Origin: a bacterium
GTDB lineage: Bacteria; UBA8248
Length of the DNA stretch: 64,000 nt
NCBI GenBank assembly: GCA_963692865.2
Contig: OY843592.1
Span: forward strand, 2,784,001 to 2,848,000
Direction of reading: 5' to 3'
Each line of letters begins with the position of its first letter. Positions within the stretch are counted from its first letter, which is position 1. Below, piece by piece: positions 56,579-64,000 of the stretch. A program made the translations under genes and the position numbers. The notes under the pieces were generated by a model, which was given only the letters and a program-made list of their open reading frames with translations, was not told the DNA's origin and did not search any database.

Positions 56579-57412
56579 CGGGCTGTTGAAAAAGTCCCTT
56601 GCGGTTCGTTCACGCAGGTGGCCTTTGATCGTCATTCCGGCGAATGCCGGAATCCATTTGCGGATGCGGGTGAATGAACGACGGCGTTTCATTCCCCACC
56701 GATGCGCGGGAACCCTGATGAAAGGCAAAAGGCATAAAATGGATTCCGGCTTTCGCCGGAATGACGAACAAAATTGCGCCACCTCTTGTAGCGGGCCGTT
56801 CTTGTGAACGGCCCAAGGCCCCCGTGCCTGTCCGCTATGTTTTGCGCCTCTTCTCGTCTGTCCGCCGTATCGCCTCACCCTGGGTAACGGCCCCTTGACT
56901 TCGCTCGGGGCAGGCTCCGCTGCCTCCCGACCTTCCGCACCCTGAGTAGCCGCCGAAGGCGGCGTATCGAAGGGCGAAATTCGCGCCTCCGATGGAGAAG
57001 CTCCTCCCATCCTTCGATACGGCGCTTACGCGCCTACTCAGGACGAGGGTTCGGGGCGCTTTCTCGGGATGAGGGCGTCAAGCGTTCTGCGCAGCCCGAT
57101 GCCGCGCGATGGAGGAATCCCGACCGGCGCGGCTGCGGACTTCGTCCCTGCCTTGCTGCCGGACTTTCCCCTACGGAAGCCCGACCCTCAAGGGGCCGTT
57201 GAAAAACCCCTAGACGGAAATCCTTCGTTCGCGGAGGCGGCCTTTGATCGTCATTCCGGGGGGGCAAAGCCCTCGGAGAGGAAAAGCGGGTTCGTCTGAT
57301 GGCCCTGCGCAGGGCGCGATGGTTTTCTGTAGGGACAGGTCGCGACCTGTCCCTACGGTGAACAATTCGATGATTGGGATGCCCTCCCCCTTGAGGCTTT
57401 TTCAGCAACCCC
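56579..57412. repeat. Composite MITE/REP cluster
   Basis: GGGCTGTTGAAAAAG at 56580, inverted CGTC-REPs 56630/56741, CCTGAGTAG..TCGAAGG and CTTCGATAC..CTACTCAGG pair 56941-57042, GTAG-REP 57328. Confidence 0.85.
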
Positions 57413-57497
57413 GCTTGCGGGCGTGCGCCGCATCTTCTAGGATGCCTTCCGCGAAGCCCATTATAAAACCTTTCGACTGCTCTTTGGGAAAACGCAT

Positions 57498-58778
57498 TTG
57501 GAACGACTACATCGTCTCTTCCCAGCCAGACACTGGATCTTCATCGTCTCCGCTTTCGTTCTCCTGGGGCTCTTTTCGGGCCTCAATTTTCTTTTCGGCG
57601 TTTTCCTCAATCCACTGGTAGATGAATTCGACTGGACCCGCTCGACGGCCTCGGCGGCTTTTTCCATCAACATGTTCATGATTGCGTTCTGCTCGATAAT
57701 TGCGGGCGGTTTCTCCGACAAATTCGGCACGAGGCCCGTGCTGATCGTCGGGATCCTGATCTCCGGCGGTTCGCTGCTTCTCTCCTTCTTCATCCAGAAC
57801 CTGTGGCACTACTTCCTGTTCACCGGCGTGATGGCGGGCACGGGACGCGCCGCCATCGCAACGCCCGTGCAGGCCTTCATACAGCGCAACCTGACGAGAC
57901 ACCGGGGTCTGGCCACCGGTCTGGCCGGCTCGGGCACGGGTCTCGGCATATTGATTCTGGCGCCCCTCACCGGTTATTTCATCAGCAATTACGGATGGAG
58001 AAACTCCTATCTCTACCTCGGCGTCATTTTCTTCGTTCTCGCCATACCCGCGGCCATGTCCCTCAAGCCGCAAAAAAGGCCTCAGGCTACCGGCGGCGAC
58101 TCCGCCGGTTCCCCGGCCAAACCGGAAGAAACCGCCCCGATCCTTCCCGAAGCGTCCTTAGGGATGCGCGAAATCCTCAAACGCAGGCCCTTCTGGATGA
58201 TCATTTCGAGCCACGCCACCGACTGCATCTGCCACTCGGTGCTCATCGTTCACCTGGTGCCGATAGCGATTGAAGCGGGCATCCCCCACATACAGGCGGC
58301 GGGCCTCGTGGGCGTCATGGGTCTGGGGACGCTCATCGGCCGAATCGGCCTGGGCGTACTGGCGGACCGCATCGGGTCGAAATGGGCGTTGTTCACCACG
58401 CTGGTGACGCAGACGCTGCCGGTGCCCCTGCTGCTGTGGACGGATTCTCCATTCGTTTTCTACGTCATCGCCCTCATGGTCGGGACGGGCATGGGAGGCC
58501 ACGGGACGATGTACCCGATGGTCACGCGCGAATACTACGGCACCAGAAGAGTGGGCATCCTGTACGGGGCCTTCATTTCAGGCGCCAGTTCGGGAATGGC
58601 CACGGGCGGATTTCTGGGCGGGCTGCTGCACGATCTGACGGGCGACTACACGCTCTCCATCCTGCTCAGCTTCACGGCCGGAGTCGCCTCGCTGCTGTTC
58701 GTGCTCGCCTACCCTTCCGGAGAAAAACCGATCAGAAAAGGGGACGTGGCGCACACCGTCGCCCAGCCCGCGGGGTGA
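57498..58778 (+). CDS. MFS transporter (OFA/MCT-like)
   Basis: About 12 TM; GGFSDKFGTR and GVLADRIG motif A; HRGLATGLAGSGTG. Confidence 0.9.
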   Translation: MERLHRLFPARHWIFIVSAFVLLGLFSGLNFLFGVFLNPLVDEFDWTRSTASAAFSINMFMIAFCSIIAGGFSDKFGTRPVLIVGILISGGSLLLSFFIQNLWHYFLFTGVMAGTGRAAIATPVQAFIQRNLTRHRGLATGLAGSGTGLGILILAPLTGYFISNYGWRNSYLYLGVIFFVLAIPAAMSLKPQKRPQATGGDSAGSPAKPEETAPILPEASLGMREILKRRPFWMIISSHATDCICHSVLIVHLVPIAIEAGIPHIQAAGLVGVMGLGTLIGRIGLGVLADRIGSKWALFTTLVTQTLPVPLLLWTDSPFVFYVIALMVGTGMGGHGTMYPMVTREYYGTRRVGILYGAFISGASSGMATGGFLGGLLHDLTGDYTLSILLSFTAGVASLLFVLAYPSGEKPIRKGDVAHTVAQPAG

Positions 58779-58821
58779 GGCGCATTTTCGAACCGTCCCT
58801 TGATTCGGATGTGTGTTCTCG

Positions 58822-59004
58822 GTCGTCATTCCACGTCCTACCTGATCCGACAGGCCCCGTCGTCGCATTTACGCCCCAGTGCTCAAGGCCGGTGAAGTCA
58901 ATCCGCCCGGTGAGCGCCTCCAGGTTGATGGTGAGGTCCGCGGCGCCTGCAAGCGATTCCGATTCGGAAGTGAACCCCAGGAGACGTCTTGACCAGCTTG
59001 CGTT
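58822..59004 (-). pseudogene. Remnant of a paralogue of the 28037-29428 lipoprotein
   Basis: Hand translation NASWSRRLLGFTSESESLAGAADLTINLEALTGRIDFTGLE...RTWNDD aligns with SVTWSGALLGIASSARVVVGDSDLTVDLANFDGRLDFTNMQ...TWGDG; no start codon. Confidence 0.75.
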
Positions 59005-59009
59005 AAATA

Positions 59010-59114
59010 CTCTACGCGCAACATTTTAGGGGTTACGCGCCAAATATTTCGCGCATATAGTTGAAAGTTGCGCGTAGATGCTTTAAGTTGCGCGTGTAAA
59101 TATACGCGCAATTT
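59010..59114. promoter_or_regulatory. Array of (T)ACGCGCAA half-sites upstream of the Fic gene (putative operators)
   Basis: TCTACGCGCAAC / GTTGCGCGTAGA inverted pair; TTGCGCGT-8 bp-ACGCGCAA; further degenerate copies. Confidence 0.55.
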
Positions 59115-59124
59115 GGAGAGAAAC

Positions 59125-60525
59125 GTGGCAAGGCAAATTCCAGAAGAAAACCTGCGAGCGATAGAGGAGGTCGTTCGAGGACACCCGGATGACATGACCG
59201 CGCAGCAAATCAGCGAGGCGCTGAAGTCCGCTCCGCCGCGCCGTACCCTGCAATACCGCCTCAAGTCCCTCGTCGACGCCAAGCGTCTGCTCATGAAGGG
59301 CTCGGGCCGCTGGGCGCGCTACGGCGTACCAAGAGAGATTCCGCTGGAGTTCCAAGCGACTGCAGGATTCCCCGAGGTCAAAATGCGGCTCGATGTCCTG
59401 CCGTCACTCTCCGAGCCCGGCGCCGAGATTCAGGAGTATGTTCACCGACCACCCGAGTCACGTAAACCGGTCGGCTATAACCGGGAGTTCCTTTATTCAT
59501 ACAGGCCCAACGACACCTTCTATCTCTCAGAGACAGAGCGGGCGCACCTCCACGAGGTCGGCAGACCGGAGATGGAAACGCAGCCGGCCGGGACCTATAT
59601 CAAGAAGGTTTTGAACAGGCTGCTGATCGATCTGGCCTGGAACTCGAGCCGCCTCGAGGGAAACACCTATTCTCTTCTTGATACTACACGTCTGCTTGAA
59701 CTTGGTGAGGAAGCGGAAGGAAAAGAACGACATGAAGCGCAGATGATCCTCAACCACAAGGAAGCGATCGAGTTTCTCGTCGATTCGGCGGAGGAAATCG
59801 GATTCAATCGCCACACAATTCGCAACCTTCACGCGATTCTCGCGGAGAACCTGCTCGCCGATCCGGATGCGGCGGGCCGACTCCGGAATATCGCCGTCGG
59901 TATCGGAGGCTCGGTCTTCCATCCACTGGAGGTACCACAGCTTATCGAAGAGTGCTTCGATCAGATACTTGCTACTGCCTCCGCGATCATCGATCCTTTT
60001 GAGCAGGCCTTCTTCGTAATGGTGCAGCTTCCCTATTTACAGCCGTTCGACGATGTCAACAAGCGGGTATCGCGACTCGCCGCGAACATTCCGCTGATCA
60101 AAGAGAATCTCTCGCCTTTGTCCTTCGAGGATGTATCCCGGGAACTTTACGCTGAAAGCGTGCTCGGCGTGTACGAGCTCAACCGCATCGAATTGCTTCG
60201 CGACGTGTTTATCTGGGCCTATAAACGCTCCGCCGCTCGCTACGTCGCCGTGCAACAATCTCTAGGTGAACCCGATCCGTTCCGGATGCGGCACCGGACA
60301 TCGCTGCGTGAGGTGGTCGGTGAAGTCGTTCGCGGGCGCATGGATAAGAAGCAAGCCACCGTCCACGTCAGCGCGTGGGCACAGGAACACGTTGACCTGC
60401 AGGAACGCGAACGGTTTCGCGAGGTCGCTGAAAGGGAGCTTCTGGGTCTGCACGAGGGCAACTTTGCGCGTTACCGGATTAGTCCATCGGAGTTCGATAC
60501 CTGGCAACAGGGTTGGAGCAAGTAA
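59125..60525 (+). CDS. Fic family protein with N-terminal winged-HTH
   Basis: PRRTLQYRLKSLV wHTH, SSRLEGN, MILNHK, Fic motif variant QPFDDVNKRVSR. Confidence 0.88.
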   Translation: MARQIPEENLRAIEEVVRGHPDDMTAQQISEALKSAPPRRTLQYRLKSLVDAKRLLMKGSGRWARYGVPREIPLEFQATAGFPEVKMRLDVLPSLSEPGAEIQEYVHRPPESRKPVGYNREFLYSYRPNDTFYLSETERAHLHEVGRPEMETQPAGTYIKKVLNRLLIDLAWNSSRLEGNTYSLLDTTRLLELGEEAEGKERHEAQMILNHKEAIEFLVDSAEEIGFNRHTIRNLHAILAENLLADPDAAGRLRNIAVGIGGSVFHPLEVPQLIEECFDQILATASAIIDPFEQAFFVMVQLPYLQPFDDVNKRVSRLAANIPLIKENLSPLSFEDVSRELYAESVLGVYELNRIELLRDVFIWAYKRSAARYVAVQQSLGEPDPFRMRHRTSLREVVGEVVRGRMDKKQATVHVSAWAQEHVDLQERERFREVAERELLGLHEGNFARYRISPSEFDTWQQGWSK

Positions 60526-60827
60526 AGGACGCAATTGCATCAGCAGCAAAGTCAGCACCTAAAACACTGTGAAGCGGAGAATCGTATCGCTGCATTGCTC
60601 GATAGTTGGAACTTCGGCGATGCTCTTGATACGTACGGCTGTTGCGAGCGAACGACCGATTTGCCCCCGCAACGGCCGCTCACTGCACGACCATCGTCGT
60701 TTGCAGTACTTACAGAGCAGTTGCGAATGTGCGCCGCTGCCCGCGAGGTAAGGCCGATGCCTGCGGCGCATTCACCGCCCCGGCGCGTTATTTCTCGCTC
60801 CCCCCTAAGCAACCCGCTACTCCACTT

Positions 60828-61325
60828 CACCCTGAGTAACGGTCCCTGGACTTCATTCGGGGCAGGGACCGCCATCCCCCAACCTTCCTCACCTCGAGCA
60901 GCCGCCGAAGGCGTTGAATCGAAGGGCGAAATTCGCGCCCGCCAGAGAGATGTACCCCCATCCTTCGATACAGCGCTTACGCGCCAACTCAGGATGAGGG
61001 TTCGGGGCGCTTGATCAGGATGAGGGGGAACCCGTAGTGACAGCTCCTCCTCGGAACTGTCCCACAGGTCCGCGCTCTTTTTCTCATCGACCGAGATAAA
61101 CCACCGTCATTCCGGCGAAAGCCGGAATCCATTTTATGATTTTTGCTTTCGTTTTCGTATTTGATCCCGACTCGCGCGAGGGAGCGCCGCGCCCGAGTCC
61201 GGAACGGATGAGGCGGATATATACGGCGATGTCCGTATCTTCCCCGGCCGGGAGCGAGGACGCCCGGGCGAAGGGCCGAAGACAAAGGCGAAAATGGATT
61301 CCGGCTTTCGCCGGAATGACGATGA
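60828..61325. repeat. Composite REP cluster
   Basis: 60830-61010 homologous to 56878-57060; inverted CGTC-REPs at about 61105 and 61296. Confidence 0.82.
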
Positions 61326-61376
61326 TCTACGGGTCGAGGAGGCGCTCAGCTCCGCGCCCGTCCACTCCCCCCTTCT

Positions 61377-63569
<2,193 letters not shown>

Positions 63570-64000
63570 GTTCCCTCCGGTCGTTTGCGGTATGCTTTGC
63601 AGAAAATTCCATTCCGGGACGATTCTCGCTTGCGCTTCGCCCGGCGCTTCCCGGAGAACGGCGGGCAACTCTCAGGTAGCAGAGGAGAGGGTCGGCGTCA
63701 ATCCGGGGTCCGGCGCAGACTCGGCGCTCACGCATTTGCGTGCGGTTTCAGCCATGGCGAAGGCCCGGAAGCGTGGCGGAATACGCCCGCGAGCCGGTCC
63801 GTTCGGGCCGGGTCGAACCCTCCTTCCTCGATTGGCAGACGCTCTCTCCTCGCTCGCGCCTGATCACCCTCATCGGTCGGAATCGACCCTCGATTATCGC
63901 TCGGGTGAAACCCTCCCTTCCCGGTCGCGTTTAATCTGAAAATATGGATAAAATTGTATAAATTCACGACGTTTTTCGATAAATAACTGAAAATTATCTT

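Noticed and set aside
60526-60800. Remainder of the lipoprotein pseudogene on the far side of the Fic gene
   Set aside because: No similarity to the 28 kb lipoprotein was apparent on inspection
7328-61325. Intergenic palindromic repeats as a CRISPR array
   Set aside because: No regularly spaced identical repeats with unique spacers and no cas genes; these are dispersed REP/MITE families

Overview
64 kb of GC-rich bacterial chromosome, possibly Nitrospinota/Tectomicrobia-like and host-associated (inference only). About 60 genes. Housekeeping: pgk, a cystathionine beta-synthase/gamma-lyase pair, msrP, a DEAD-box helicase, HU, hisC, larE-larB-larC plus a MoaD/ThiS carrier, panC, folK, dapL, dapB, dapF, lysA, argH and katG. 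Catabolic genes: cyclase, LVIVD, SDRs, Ldh_2, M24, crotonase, Gfo/Idh/MocA, LLM, MFS and EamA. Other blocks: a TPR-TPR-exbB-exbD-tonB-maoC operon, an ECF/anti-sigma/Spy cluster and small accessory patches. No rRNA, tRNA, CRISPR array, transposase or integrase was seen. Intergenic gaps are packed with nested REP/REPIN/MITE-like repeats. Main discoveries: (1) a hidden deiodinase-like selenoprotein with an in-frame UGA and SECIS-like hairpin at 17798-18490, split into two ORFs by the ORF caller; (2) a SprT/Wss1-like HExxH protein ending in a beta-clamp-type motif (QLSFDF); (3) a duplication of that 3' end bracketing a 2 kb ABC-ATPase + DUF4276 mini-island with no integrase; (4) a giant TPR protein with a TonB-box-like N-terminus in a receptor-less TonB operon; (5) a ferredoxin fused to a membrane helix and an unknown domain; (6) a multi-hairpin leader upstream of a Sel1 gene. 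All product calls come from motif recognition by eye; no database search was run.
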